Positions 30,359 through 39,580 of a DNA stretch of 64,000 nt are shown here, in pieces. Source of the DNA: Escherichia phage HY03; sequence record NC_031047.1, one strand, 5' to 3'. Numbering within the stretch: the first letter of the stretch is position 1; the number at the start of each line of letters is the position of its first letter. Both the position numbers and the translations under genes were made by a program. The notes under the pieces were generated by a model, which had not been told where the DNA came from, did no database searches, and worked only from the letters and a program-made list of their open reading frames with translations.

Positions 30359-30721
30359 ATGAAAGCATATCAAATTCTTGAAGGCACACATAAAGGTACT
30401 ATTTATTTTGAAGATGGTATTCAAGCACGAATTATCGTTTCTAAAACCTTTAAAGAGGACTCTTTTGTAGACCCAGAAATTTTCTACGGTTTGCATGCCC
30501 GTGAAATTGAAATTGAGCAACAGCCTACAGTTAAAATTGAAGGTGGTCAACACCTGAACGTTAACGTTCTGCGTCGTGAAACTCTGGAAGATGCAGTTAA
30601 GCATCCGGAAAAATATCCGCAGCTGACCATCCGTGTATCCGGTTATGCAGTTCGCTTTAACTCTCTGACTCCGGAACAGCAGCGCGACGTTATCGCTCGT
30701 ACCTTCACCGAGAGTTTGTAA
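30359..30721 (+). CDS. autonomous glycyl-radical cofactor (GrcA/YfiD-like)
   Basis: C-terminal 60 aa nearly identical to E. coli GrcA glycyl radical domain ([39 protein letters not shown]); T4 encodes a known homolog (Y06I). Confidence 0.9.
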   Translation: MKAYQILEGTHKGTIYFEDGIQARIIVSKTFKEDSFVDPEIFYGLHAREIEIEQQPTVKIEGGQHLNVNVLRRETLEDAVKHPEKYPQLTIRVSGYAVRFNSLTPEQQRDVIARTFTESL

Positions 30722-30942
30722 TGGCAAAGATAATTATTGAAGGTTCTGAAGATGTGCTAAATGCTTTCGCCGAATGGTTTAGTAATTCAGGCGAACAGCA
30801 ATTTAACGAAGCATGGAACATGGGTGATATTGATGGAATTTATCCCACGACAGAAATTTCTGTTCAAGGATATGGAATTCATGAGCCTATTCGTTTAGTT
30901 GAATATGATTTAGGTACTGGTGAGGAAGTAAAATATGATTGA
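30721..30942 (+). CDS. hypothetical protein
   Basis: 73-aa ORF with ATGA coupling to upstream gene. Confidence 0.55.
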   Translation: MAKIIIEGSEDVLNAFAEWFSNSGEQQFNEAWNMGDIDGIYPTTEISVQGYGIHEPIRLVEYDLGTGEEVKYD

Positions 30943-31201
30943 AGATATTAAGGGTTATAAGCCACATACTGAAGAGAAAATCGGTAAAGTGAATGCTATT
31001 AAAGACGCTGAAGTTCGTTTAGGACTTATCTTTGATGCTTTATACGATGAATTCTGGGAAGCACTAGATAATTGTGAAGACTGTGAATTCGCGAAGAATT
31101 ATGCTGAAAGCCTCGATCAGTTAACTATTGCTAAAACGAAACTCAAAGAAGCCAGTATGTGGGCTTGCCGTGCTGTGTTCCAACCAGAGGAAAAATACTA
31201 A
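30935..31201 (+). CDS. hypothetical protein (vs.4/Acb2 position, unverified)
   Basis: 88-aa ORF; size and position similar to T4 vs.4. Confidence 0.5.
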   Translation: MIEDIKGYKPHTEEKIGKVNAIKDAEVRLGLIFDALYDEFWEALDNCEDCEFAKNYAESLDQLTIAKTKLKEASMWACRAVFQPEEKY

Positions 31202-31479
31202 TGGCTCAATTAAGCGCAGGGTTTGGTTATGAGTATTATACTGCCCCTCGTCGTGTATCTGTTGCTCCTAAGAAAATTCAAAGTCTTGATGACTTCCAGG
31301 AAGTAGTTCGTAACGCTTTCCAGGACTATGCACGTTATCTTAAAGAAGATTCACAGGACTGTCTCGAAGAAGATGAAATTGCTTACTATGAGCAGCGTCT
31401 TGAACAGCTCAAAAATCTACATGAGGTTCGTGCAGAAGTTTCAAAGTCTATGAATAAATTGGTCAGATTTAAAGAATAA
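31201..31479 (+). CDS. hypothetical protein
   Basis: 92 aa from ATG overlapping the upstream stop. Confidence 0.5.
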   Translation: MAQLSAGFGYEYYTAPRRVSVAPKKIQSLDDFQEVVRNAFQDYARYLKEDSQDCLEEDEIAYYEQRLEQLKNLHEVRAEVSKSMNKLVRFKE

Positions 31480-31481
31480 CT

Positions 31482-31511
31482 GTTTACTTTTCCTCTTGAC
31501 TGTGGTATAAT
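31482..31511 (+). promoter_or_regulatory. early promoter (GTTTAC, 18 nt, TATAAT) upstream of regB
   Basis: Consensus T4 early promoter with extended -10 TGTGGTATAAT. Confidence 0.7.
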
Positions 31512-31538
31512 TTTTCTATCAGTTAAGAGGAGAATAAC

Positions 31539-32000
31539 ATGACTATCAACACAGAAGTTTTTATTCGTCGAAATAAGCTCCGTCGTCACTTTGAGTCGGA
31601 GTTTCGTCAAATTAACAATGAGATTCGTGAGGCATCAAAAGCAGCAGGGGTCTCATCGTTTCATCTAAAATATTCTCAACATCTTCTTGATCGCGCAATT
31701 CAACGGGAGATTGATGAGACATACGTTTTTGAATTATTCCATAAAATAAAAGACCATGTTTTAGAAGTTAATGAATTCCTGAGTATGCCTCCGCGTCCTG
31801 ACATTGACGAGGATTTTATTGATGGGGTTGAATATCGTCCTGGACGTTTAGAAATCACAGATGGAAATCTTTGGCTTGGATTTACAGTTTGTAAACCTAA
31901 CGAGAAGTTCAAAAACCCGTCACTTCAATGTAGGATGGCAATTATCAACAGTCGTCGTTTACCAGGAAAGGCTTCTAAAGCAGTAATTAAAACTCAATGA
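31539..32000 (+). CDS. regB: RegB site-specific endoribonuclease
   Basis: 153-aa ORF matching T4 RegB in length and position. Confidence 0.85.
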   Translation: MTINTEVFIRRNKLRRHFESEFRQINNEIREASKAAGVSSFHLKYSQHLLDRAIQREIDETYVFELFHKIKDHVLEVNEFLSMPPRPDIDEDFIDGVEYRPGRLEITDGNLWLGFTVCKPNEKFKNPSLQCRMAIINSRRLPGKASKAVIKTQ

Positions 32001-32007
32001 GGTAAGC

Positions 32008-32553
32008 ATGAGAAAAGCACTACTCGCTGGTCTATTGGCCATTTCAATGATGGCACATAGCTCCGAGCATACTTTCAGTAATGTCCAACTCGATAACATG
32101 CGTTACGCGTATCAATTCGGGGAACAATTTTCTAAGGATGGAAAATATAAAACACACAAAAATATCCACAAGAGCGGATTAGGTCATATAATGGCTGCTA
32201 TTTTATGGCAAGAAAGCTCTGGCGGAGTTAATTTAAAATCTAAACCAAAGCATCACGCTTATGGAATGTTCCAAAATTATTTGCCTACTATGCGAGCGAG
32301 AGTTAAGGAACTTGGTTATAATATGACCGATGCTGAAATAAAAAGAATGTTGAATAAACGATCCAATTCAGCTTCCTGGGCGTACATTGAACTTTCTTAT
32401 TGGTTAAATATACACAAGGGAGATATAAGAAAAGCAATATCCTCTTATAATTCGGGATGGAATGTTAAAGCTGGTTCTAAATATGCTTCTGAAGTCCTAG
32501 AAAAGGCTAATTACCTTAAAAATAATAAACTTTTGGAAATAGTAAATGACTAA
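32008..32553 (+). CDS. secreted lytic transglycosylase-like protein (vs.1 position)
   Basis: Signal peptide MRKALLAGLLAISMMAHS; SLT-type catalytic motif ILWQESSG. Confidence 0.65.
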   Translation: MRKALLAGLLAISMMAHSSEHTFSNVQLDNMRYAYQFGEQFSKDGKYKTHKNIHKSGLGHIMAAILWQESSGGVNLKSKPKHHAYGMFQNYLPTMRARVKELGYNMTDAEIKRMLNKRSNSASWAYIELSYWLNIHKGDIRKAISSYNSGWNVKAGSKYASEVLEKANYLKNNKLLEIVND

Positions 32554-32893
32554 AATTTTGGTTTTATGTATAGGATTAATTTCATTTTCTGCTTCTGCGT
32601 CAGCAGATACATCATATACTGAAATTAGAGAATATGTAAACCGCACTGCGGCAGATTATTGTGGGAAAAATAAAGCATGCCAAGCTGAATTTGCGCAGAA
32701 ATTAATATATGCATATAAAGACGGAGAAAGAGATAAATCAAGCAGATACAAAAATGATACTTTATTAAAACGATATGCTAAAAAGTGGAATACCTTAGAA
32801 TGTTCAGTTGCGGAGGAGAAAGATAAAGCCGCTTGTCATTCAACGGTTGACCGTTTGGTAGATTCTTATAATCGAGGATTGAGTACTAAATGA
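32546..32893 (+). CDS. small Cys-rich protein with signal peptide (vs position)
   Basis: 115-aa ORF; N-terminal hydrophobic leader; position of T4 vs. Confidence 0.5.
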   Translation: MTKILVLCIGLISFSASASADTSYTEIREYVNRTAADYCGKNKACQAEFAQKLIYAYKDGERDKSSRYKNDTLLKRYAKKWNTLECSVAEEKDKAACHSTVDRLVDSYNRGLSTK

Positions 32894-33357
32894 TTGTAAA
32901 ATATATCAAGGGCGATATTGTCGCCCTTTTCACTGAAGGTAAAAATATTGCGCATGGATGCAATTGTTTTCATACGATGAAAGCTGGAGTCGCAGGTCAA
33001 TTAACCAAAGCTTTCCCTAAAATTTTGGAAGCTGATAAATTACAGACTGAATGGGGTGATGTAACTAAACTTGGTTCTTATTCAGTCTATGAAAAATACT
33101 TTAGGACTCATAAAGCTTACTGCTTTAATCTTTATACTCAATTTCAACCAGGGCCAAATTTTGAATATTCCGCTTTAATGAATTGTATGTTAGAATTAAA
33201 TGAGTTTGGTGAAAATAAACTGATTAAACCTACAATCTATATGCCTAGGATTGGTGCAGGCATAGGTAAAGGGAACTGGGATATTATTGAGGGGATTTTA
33301 GATACATATTCCTCTAAATTAGAAATTGTGATTGTTGATTGGGAACCATTATTATGA
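32890..33357 (+). CDS. macro-domain-like protein (putative ADP-ribose binding/hydrolase), tk.4 position
   Basis: Motifs AHGCNCFHTMKAGVAGQL and IGAGIGKG resemble macro-domain signatures; assignment tentative. Confidence 0.5.
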   Translation: MIVKYIKGDIVALFTEGKNIAHGCNCFHTMKAGVAGQLTKAFPKILEADKLQTEWGDVTKLGSYSVYEKYFRTHKAYCFNLYTQFQPGPNFEYSALMNCMLELNEFGENKLIKPTIYMPRIGAGIGKGNWDIIEGILDTYSSKLEIVIVDWEPLL

Positions 33358-33566
33358 ATATACATTATCCACATCCATATGACCCAAAGAATAAGGCAGT
33401 AATTATTCGTCAATGGGAACGCATTTGCCGTACTAAATGCCCAATTAATAGTCCGCATGATGTAGATAAAGACTATATTGGAACATTCGTTGAATATACC
33501 TTTATTGATAAGAAAGGTCGTAAACAACACGTAGAAGAATATTGCTTAAAGGTGCAATGGTTATGA
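33354..33566 (+). CDS. hypothetical protein
   Basis: 70 aa from ATG overlapping the upstream stop; Cys/His-rich. Confidence 0.5.
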   Translation: MNIHYPHPYDPKNKAVIIRQWERICRTKCPINSPHDVDKDYIGTFVEYTFIDKKGRKQHVEEYCLKVQWL

Positions 33567-33748
33567 GTCTGAGTAAAGGACAAAAAGATAAATTGTTTGA
33601 GCTTATCCATGAACTTCTAGATGAGCATACAGAAGCAAACACCTTTTATGATGAATACGGCCCGCTATCTCCCGAACAGCAAGAAGAATTTGCTGACCGG
33701 TTTGATAAGAAAGAAAACGAATTAATAGCTTATGTGAATACGCTTTAA
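33563..33748 (+). CDS. hypothetical protein
   Basis: 61 aa from ATG overlapping the upstream stop. Confidence 0.45.
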   Translation: MSLSKGQKDKLFELIHELLDEHTEANTFYDEYGPLSPEQQEEFADRFDKKENELIAYVNTL

Positions 33749-33757
33749 GAAGGTGAT

Positions 33758-34339
33758 ATGGCGAGTTTAATTTTTACTTATGCAGCAATGAATGCTGGAA
33801 AATCTGCTTCTCTTTTGACTGCTGCGCATAATTATAAAGAACGTGGAATGAGTGTATTAGTTCTTAAGCCTGCTATTGATACTCGTGATTCTGTCTGTGA
33901 AGTCGTTTCTCGCATTGGAATTAAACAGGAAGCTAATATTATTACGGATGATATGGATATTTTTGAGTTCTATAAATGGGCTGAAGCACAAAAAGATATT
34001 CATTGCGTATTTGTAGATGAAGCTCAGTTTTTAAAAACTGAACAAGTGCATCAATTGAGTCGAATTGTTGATACATATAATGTTCCTGTTATGGCTTATG
34101 GATTAAGGACTGATTTCGCTGGAAAATTATTTGAAGGTTCTAAAGAACTTTTGGCGATTGCAGATAAACTTATTGAACTAAAAGCAGTTTGTCATTGTGG
34201 TAAAAAAGCTATTATGACAGCTCGATTAATGGAAGATGGAACACCAGTTAAAGAAGGTAATCAAATCTGTATTGGTGATGAAATTTATGTTTCTTTGTGC
34301 AGAAAACATTGGAATGAATTAACTAAAAAGCTCGGTTAG
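33758..34339 (+). CDS. tk: thymidine kinase
   Basis: 193 aa; P-loop GKSASLL; Zn-ribbon CHCG...C; matches T4 Tk. Confidence 0.95.
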   Translation: MASLIFTYAAMNAGKSASLLTAAHNYKERGMSVLVLKPAIDTRDSVCEVVSRIGIKQEANIITDDMDIFEFYKWAEAQKDIHCVFVDEAQFLKTEQVHQLSRIVDTYNVPVMAYGLRTDFAGKLFEGSKELLAIADKLIELKAVCHCGKKAIMTARLMEDGTPVKEGNQICIGDEIYVSLCRKHWNELTKKLG

Positions 34340-34381
34340 TGCAAAAGTTATAAATAGGTTTATCTAACTAAAGGGGTATAT

Positions 34382-34594
34382 ATGTTACAATTAACTGAAA
34401 AGCAACTTCGCAATCTTACTGTTCTTCAATTAGATGAAATTCGTAGGGAAGTTGGAAATATCATTTCAGCTTTGCGTCGAGAAGTATCACTCAACCAATC
34501 TCCGGCAGACTATACTAGATTGCGAAATTTTGAAAAATACCTTGATAAAGTTAAGGCCGTGCATCGGCATAAAGTAAATACAGGGCAAAAATGA
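34382..34594 (+). CDS. hypothetical protein (rI.-1 position)
   Basis: 70-aa ORF between tk and rI. Confidence 0.55.
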
Positions 34595-34606
34595 TAGGAG
34601 GCCTTT

Positions 34607-34900
34607 ATGGCCTTAAAAGCAACGGCACTATTTGCCATGCTAGGATTGTCATTTGTTTTATCTCCATCGATTGAAGCGAATGTCGATCCTCATTTTGATA
34701 AATTTATGGAATCTGGTATTAGACATGTTTATATGCTTTTTGAAAATAAAAGCGTAGAATCATCTGAACAGTTCTATAGTTTTATGCGAACGACTTATAA
34801 AAATGACCCGTGCTCTTCCGATTTTGAATGTATAGAGCGAGGCGCGGAGATGGCACAATCATACGCTAGAATTATGAACATTAAATTGGAGACTGAATGA
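34607..34900 (+). CDS. rI: RI lysis-inhibition regulator (periplasmic antiholin)
   Basis: 97 aa with signal-anchor sequence; matches T4 RI length and position. Confidence 0.8.
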   Translation: MALKATALFAMLGLSFVLSPSIEANVDPHFDKFMESGIRHVYMLFENKSVESSEQFYSFMRTTYKNDPCSSDFECIERGAEMAQSYARIMNIKLETE

Positions 34901-35283
34901 AATTCAGCGACTTTTCACAAAGTGGAAAACCTTCAAAGGCAGATGAATACTTAGGTTTATTAATGGCTGCGCAAGCTTATTTTCATTCTGCGCATTTTGA
35001 AACTAAAAGTTATGCTAGACACAAAGCATACGATTTTATTTTCTCTGAGTTGCCAGATTTGATTGATAAATTTGGTGAGCAATATTTGGGGTATTCTGGT
35101 AGAAAATACACGCCTTCAATTCCAGATGCTAGTAAACTTCCTACCGACACAATTAAAATGATTGATCGCATACTAGACCAATCTAACAGCATTTATAAAG
35201 AAATGCCTCCAGCTATCCAAAGCACGATAGATGATATTACTGGAATGTTTTACCAGAGTAAGTATCTTCTTTCCCTCGAATAA
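34897..35283 (+). CDS. hypothetical protein (rI.1 position)
   Basis: 128-aa ORF with ATGA overlap with rI. Confidence 0.6.
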
Positions 35284-35287
35284 CATT

Positions 35288-35310
35288 AGTCTCCTTCGGG
35301 AGACTTTTTT
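35288..35310 (+). terminator. intrinsic terminator AGUCUCC-UUCG-GGAGACU with U6
   Basis: Perfect 7-bp stem, UUCG loop, TTTTTT. Confidence 0.75.
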
Positions 35311-35320
35311 CATTTTACCG

Positions 35321-35350
35321 GTTTACTTTCCGTTTGAGCTGTGGTACTAT
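35321..35350 (+). promoter_or_regulatory. early promoter (GTTTAC, 18 nt, TACTAT) with conserved leader
   Basis: Member of the repeated cassette; leader TGGTACTATACAACTATC. Confidence 0.7.
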
Positions 35351-35378
35351 ACAACTATCGGATAAAGAGGAGAACATC

Positions 35379-35567
35379 ATGAAAATTGAAGCACTTAATC
35401 AAGAAGGAAATATCTACGTCATCATTAATGGTGATTTTTTCGTCGACATGGATGAAGTTACCAGTGAAGAACTTGTAGAACTTCTTAAGAAACGTTATAA
35501 TATGTGTGATGAAGTTGCAACTCACATGGCGTGTGCAATATTCTCTCTTTCATATGTGGTGGAATAA
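35379..35567 (+). CDS. hypothetical small protein
   Basis: 62 aa from ATG with GAGGAG RBS. Confidence 0.6.
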
Positions 35568-35770
35568 TGATTAGTATCGAACAAGCGGATAAGATTAAAG
35601 AATTGGTAGCTTTAATTCGTAAAGCAGATGAAGAGCTGATTGACTTTGCTTGGTATTCATCGGGTATTTCGAATAAAGGCATTAAAGACTTTGAAACTAA
35701 AGTGGATAATGCTATAGAAGCGTTAGATATGTTTCTTGATGAAATTATTGATCATAATACGAGAGTTTAA
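35567..35770 (+). CDS. hypothetical small protein
   Basis: 67 aa; ATG overlaps the upstream stop. Confidence 0.55.
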   Translation: MISIEQADKIKELVALIRKADEELIDFAWYSSGISNKGIKDFETKVDNAIEALDMFLDEIIDHNTRV

Positions 35771-35772
35771 GT

Positions 35773-35973
35773 ATGTTAACACGTGAACAGTTTGAAAAAA
35801 TCATTAAATTAGCACGTGATGTTGAAATAGATTCATACCAATTGGCAGTTGAGCATTGTGAAGGATATTCATACGACGGTATAGAAGCAGCTAAAAAGGA
35901 TTTGGATAAATCTAAAGCTAAGTTAGTTCAATATCTTGAAATGATTAGGTGGAATAATGAAAACTGTAGTTAA
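35773..35973 (+). CDS. hypothetical small protein
   Basis: 66-aa ORF. Confidence 0.55.
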   Translation: MLTREQFEKIIKLARDVEIDSYQLAVEHCEGYSYDGIEAAKKDLDKSKAKLVQYLEMIRWNNENCS

Positions 35974-36967
35974 GTCTTATTTTGGTAGTCATCTTTATGG
36001 AACTTCTACTCCAGAATCTGATGTAGATTTTAAAGAAATCTTTGTTCCTCCTGCTCGTGATATTCTTATCGGAAATGTTAAAGAGCATATGAGTAAAAAC
36101 ACTAACAACACATCATCTAAAAACACCAAAGATGATATTGACCATGAACTATACAGTCTTAAATATTTCTTTAAATTAGCAGCAGATGGTGAAACTGTAG
36201 CATTGGATATGCTCCACACTCCACCTGAACTGGTAGTTAAATCTGATTTGCCTGATGTATGGAAGTTTATTCAAGACAATCGTTCTCGTTTTTATACGAC
36301 TAACATGAAATCCTATTTAGGATATGTTCGCAAGCAAGCTTCTAAATACGGTGTTAAGGGTTCTCGTTTGGCCGCATTACGTGATGTATTGAAAGTAGTT
36401 AATCAAATCCCCGATCAGTGGGTTGATTATCAAGAAGGAATCCCTGATAGACTTCGTCGTACTAAGGTAGAAGATATCAAACACAGACTCCCTGAAAACG
36501 AATTCTGTGAATGGGTGTTCCATAATCATGAGAAAACAGGCCCACAGACGTTTTACACAGTGTTGGGTCGTAAATATCAGACAACTCTTTCTCTTATTGA
36601 GCTTAAGCAGTCACTGAATAAATTAGATGCTGAATACGGTGAACGCGCTCGTAAGGCCGAAGCCAATGAAGGCATTGACTGGAAAGCTCTGAGTCATGCT
36701 TGTCGTGGTGGACTCCAACTATTGGAAATTTACAAAACTGGTGACTTGGTTTATCCACTTCAAGACGCTCCATTTATTCTCGACGTGAAGTTGGGTAAAC
36801 ATCCATTTAAAACCGTTCAAGAGTTTTTGGAAGATGTGGTCGATCAAGTAGAAGCAGCATCTACTGAAGCTTCTAAGAACGGTATGCCTAAAACAGTAGA
36901 CATGAGTTTCTGGGATGACTTCCTTGAGAAGGTCTATCTTGAAAACCACCGAAGTTATTATAAATGA
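35957..36967 (+). CDS. nucleotidyltransferase-fold protein (Pol-beta-like NTase motif GS...SD.D)
   Basis: N-terminal GSHLYGTSTPESDVD matches the minimal NTase signature; 336 aa with helical C-terminal domain. Confidence 0.65.
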   Translation: MKTVVKSYFGSHLYGTSTPESDVDFKEIFVPPARDILIGNVKEHMSKNTNNTSSKNTKDDIDHELYSLKYFFKLAADGETVALDMLHTPPELVVKSDLPDVWKFIQDNRSRFYTTNMKSYLGYVRKQASKYGVKGSRLAALRDVLKVVNQIPDQWVDYQEGIPDRLRRTKVEDIKHRLPENEFCEWVFHNHEKTGPQTFYTVLGRKYQTTLSLIELKQSLNKLDAEYGERARKAEANEGIDWKALSHACRGGLQLLEIYKTGDLVYPLQDAPFILDVKLGKHPFKTVQEFLEDVVDQVEAASTEASKNGMPKTVDMSFWDDFLEKVYLENHRSYYK

Positions 36968-36969
36968 TA

Positions 36970-36993
36970 GGGAGCCTTCGGGCTCCCTTTTTT
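36970..36993 (+). terminator. intrinsic terminator GGGAGCC-UUCG-GGCUCCC with U6
   Basis: Perfect 7-bp stem, UUCG loop, TTTTTT. Confidence 0.75.
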
Positions 36994-37018
36994 ATTTCAA
37001 AAATTTTTTCACAAAGTG

Positions 37019-37048
37019 GTTTACAAGCATAAAGCTTTATGGTACTAT
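37019..37048 (+). promoter_or_regulatory. early promoter (GTTTAC, 18 nt, TACTAT) with conserved leader
   Basis: UP element AATTTTTTCACAAAG; leader TGGTACTATACAACTATCAA. Confidence 0.7.
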
Positions 37049-37084
37049 ACAACTATCAAAACAAACACTTAAACGGAAAACAAA

Positions 37085-37234
37085 ATGAAAATTACACCAA
37101 TTGAAGTAAAAAAGTTGATTGACACAGAAGAAATTTCAGAGTGTTTTGAAAGTTTCTTAGAAGATGCAACTGAAGATAATGCAGTTTATCTCGCTCAGAA
37201 AATTATCGAAACTTATTTGGAGAAGAATCAATGA
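37085..37234 (+). CDS. small acidic hypothetical protein (49 aa)
   Basis: ATG downstream of early promoter; ATGA overlap with next gene. Confidence 0.45.
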   Translation: MKITPIEVKKLIDTEEISECFESFLEDATEDNAVYLAQKIIETYLEKNQ

Positions 37235-37494
37235 CAGTTTACGTAGATGTTTTAATGAATCATGGATGGAAACTTCGCGGTCATCCAACTAAAAATTGTC
37301 ATATGTTCACTGATGGAGATATTGAAGAGCTTCACGAAATGGCAGAAGCAATAGGAATGAAACGTTCTTGGTTTCAAGATAAACGCATTAAACATTATGA
37401 CTTACACGCTCGGCGACGCCAAAAAGCTGTAGAACTTGGAGCTGTAGAAGTATCTCGTCGCGAAGCAGTAAAAATTTGGCAAACATTAAAATAA
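37231..37494 (+). CDS. hypothetical protein (conserved His/Cys-containing small protein)
   Basis: 87-aa ORF. Confidence 0.6.
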   Translation: MTVYVDVLMNHGWKLRGHPTKNCHMFTDGDIEELHEMAEAIGMKRSWFQDKRIKHYDLHARRRQKAVELGAVEVSRREAVKIWQTLK

Positions 37495-37497
37495 ATT

Positions 37498-37527
37498 GTT
37501 TACAGCAGGGTAGTAGTGTGATACTAT
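37498..37527 (+). promoter_or_regulatory. early promoter (GTTTAC, 18 nt, TACTAT)
   Basis: Upstream of the ATPase gene; leader ...TTGGAGAATAAAATG shared with the gene at 24836. Confidence 0.65.
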
Positions 37528-37563
37528 TACCCTATCAAAACAAATGTAAAATTGGAGAATAAA

Positions 37564-38532
37564 ATGAAAACTGTAACTATCAATAAGGGTATCTACTTTG
37601 GTAAAGAAATCTCTGGAACTTTTGAGCTCTTAGGTGAATGGTTCCCAGATAATGCTCCGGTAGATGCACAAGGAGATGGTAAAGTTTTTGTTGAAATTGA
37701 CGGTAAACGTCGCGGTGTTTGGGTTTACAAATCAGACATTTCATATGATGGTGTAAAAGTTGAAGAAGTTAAAGAATCATATGAAGATATGAAAACCCGC
37801 ATTAATAAAAGATTTAATGTTATGGGAATGATGACGAATGGTATTATTAACGGAAACATTCGTTCATTAATTATCTCTGGTGCGGCGGGTATTGGTAAAA
37901 CGTATTCTTTAGATAAAGCTTTAAATAAAGCAAATGATAATGGATACATTGAATATAAAAGCATTAACGGTAAAATCTCTGGTATCGGTCTTTATGAACA
38001 GCTCTGGAATAATCGTGAAGAGAATTCTGTCCTTTTGATTGATGATGTGGATGTTTTCTCTGATATGGACATTCTTAATCTTCTGAAAGCTGCTCTGGAC
38101 ACTGGAGAGACCCGTAAAGTCTGCTGGAGCACCGCATCTTCTTACTTAGAAGAAAAAGGCATTGAGCGTGAGTTTGAATTTAAAGGAACGATTGTTTTTA
38201 TCACAAACGTTGACATTGACCGCGAATTAGACCGTGGTACTAAACTTGCTCCACATTTACAAGCATTAGTGTCCCGCTCAGTTTATTTAGATTTGGGTGT
38301 TCACACTAATGAAGAAATTATGGTCAGGGTTGAAGATGTTATTCTTTCAACCGACATGATGCAAAAGCGTGGTCTTTCTGATGAAGAAACTTATAAAGCA
38401 TTATCATGGATGAAAGTCAATGTTAACCGTTTACGTAATGTTTCACTGCGTACTGCACTTTATCTTGCTGACTTTATTATGACCGACAAAAACGGTTGGG
38501 AAGAAATTGCTGAGGTTACTCTTCTGAAATAA
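37564..38532 (+). CDS. P-loop NTPase / AAA-type ATPase, unknown function
   Basis: Walker A GAAGIGKT and Walker B LLIDDVD; 322 aa from ATG. Confidence 0.7.
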   Translation: MKTVTINKGIYFGKEISGTFELLGEWFPDNAPVDAQGDGKVFVEIDGKRRGVWVYKSDISYDGVKVEEVKESYEDMKTRINKRFNVMGMMTNGIINGNIRSLIISGAAGIGKTYSLDKALNKANDNGYIEYKSINGKISGIGLYEQLWNNREENSVLLIDDVDVFSDMDILNLLKAALDTGETRKVCWSTASSYLEEKGIEREFEFKGTIVFITNVDIDRELDRGTKLAPHLQALVSRSVYLDLGVHTNEEIMVRVEDVILSTDMMQKRGLSDEETYKALSWMKVNVNRLRNVSLRTALYLADFIMTDKNGWEEIAEVTLLK

Positions 38533-38631
38533 ATTCATAAGAGGACTTCTAAGACAAAAAGGCAGTTCAGAAATAGATTATATGGACTGCCATTAAAAAG
38601 ATGACTAGAATTAAACTGGTAAATGGAGGTA

Positions 38632-38937
38632 ATGATGTTATACTCAAAGGCTCGTGAAATTTACGAAACTAAGATTAAAGAAGCTGTATTTCAGTTCGCA
38701 ACAACAATGCGATGGACAAATGATTGGGAATATTCAAAAAATCATAAGAAGCCCATGGTGACAAGAAAGGCTCATATGTTAGTGTTAATAGACCGTGAGC
38801 AGATTAAAGCCCGAGAAGCCCTCCAGAATCATAAAAAGGCTGCCTTTGAATGGTTTATGGATAACACTGCTCCTGAGACTAAGAAAGTAGTGAGCGCATG
38901 GTTCAGTGGAAAAAATTGTGAAAGAAGTTTCTTTTAG
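38632..38937 (+). CDS. hypothetical protein
   Basis: About 101 aa; GGAGG RBS precedes ATG 38632/38635. Confidence 0.55.
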   Translation: MMLYSKAREIYETKIKEAVFQFATTMRWTNDWEYSKNHKKPMVTRKAHMLVLIDREQIKAREALQNHKKAAFEWFMDNTAPETKKVVSAWFSGKNCERSFF

Positions 38938-38939
38938 TT

Positions 38940-38969
38940 GTTTACAAGACTGTTCCTCTGTGGTACTAT
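38940..38969 (+). promoter_or_regulatory. early promoter (GTTTAC, 18 nt, TACTAT) with conserved leader
   Basis: Third exact copy of TGGTACTATACAACTATCAA. Confidence 0.7.
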
Positions 38970-38997
38970 ACAACTATCAACTACGGAGGAACACAAA

Positions 38998-39525
38998 ATG
39001 AACGCTAAAGATATTTTCAACCTGGTAAATTACAACGATGGTAAATTTAAATCTGAAGCACAAAGCAAGTTCTTTAATGACATCTCAATCGGAGGTGAAA
39101 TCACGGTTGATGGAGGACAAATTTACAAATCCCGTTGGAATTGGATCGTTATTATCGATGAGATTGGTATTGTAGAAATTTACAAGAATACGAATAAAAA
39201 TCGTACATTACACTGGTCTCGTGATACTAACGAACAGTACAAAAAGGATAAAGCATCTAAATTATCTCGTGTAACTCAAGAAGATATTGAGTTCATCAAG
39301 AAAGATATTTTAATGTATGATAACTTAATTGCTGAAGAGCAAGCTGTTATTGATAAATTTGACGAGATTAAAGCTTCTCGTGAAATTCCTGATTTTATGA
39401 AAGAATCAGTAAATGAACGATACACTCTCATTTCAGAGCGTATTGAAACTTACAAAAAGCAAAGAGCTGAACGCCAAAATACTCTTCGGAAGTTTGAAGA
39501 ACGGTTAAAGACGGTACTCGCATAA
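38998..39525 (+). CDS. hypothetical protein
   Basis: 175 aa from ATG with GGAGGA RBS (ORF track begins upstream inside the promoter). Confidence 0.65.
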   Translation: MNAKDIFNLVNYNDGKFKSEAQSKFFNDISIGGEITVDGGQIYKSRWNWIVIIDEIGIVEIYKNTNKNRTLHWSRDTNEQYKKDKASKLSRVTQEDIEFIKKDILMYDNLIAEEQAVIDKFDEIKASREIPDFMKESVNERYTLISERIETYKKQRAERQNTLRKFEERLKTVLA

Positions 39526-39526
39526 C

Positions 39527-39551
39527 TGCTTTATACCAAGGATGGTATAAT
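39527..39551 (+). promoter_or_regulatory. candidate MotA-dependent middle promoter (TGCTTTA, 12 nt, TATAAT)
   Basis: MotA-box-like sequence positioned about -30 relative to a TATAAT. Confidence 0.45.
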
Positions 39552-39580
39552 GGTTCTAAGCCCTTTTAATTGAGATTATT

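Noticed and set aside
30359-30721. GrcA-like gene as a novel host-derived auxiliary gene
   Set aside because: A homolog is already described for T4 (Y06I), so it is reported as known and not as new.
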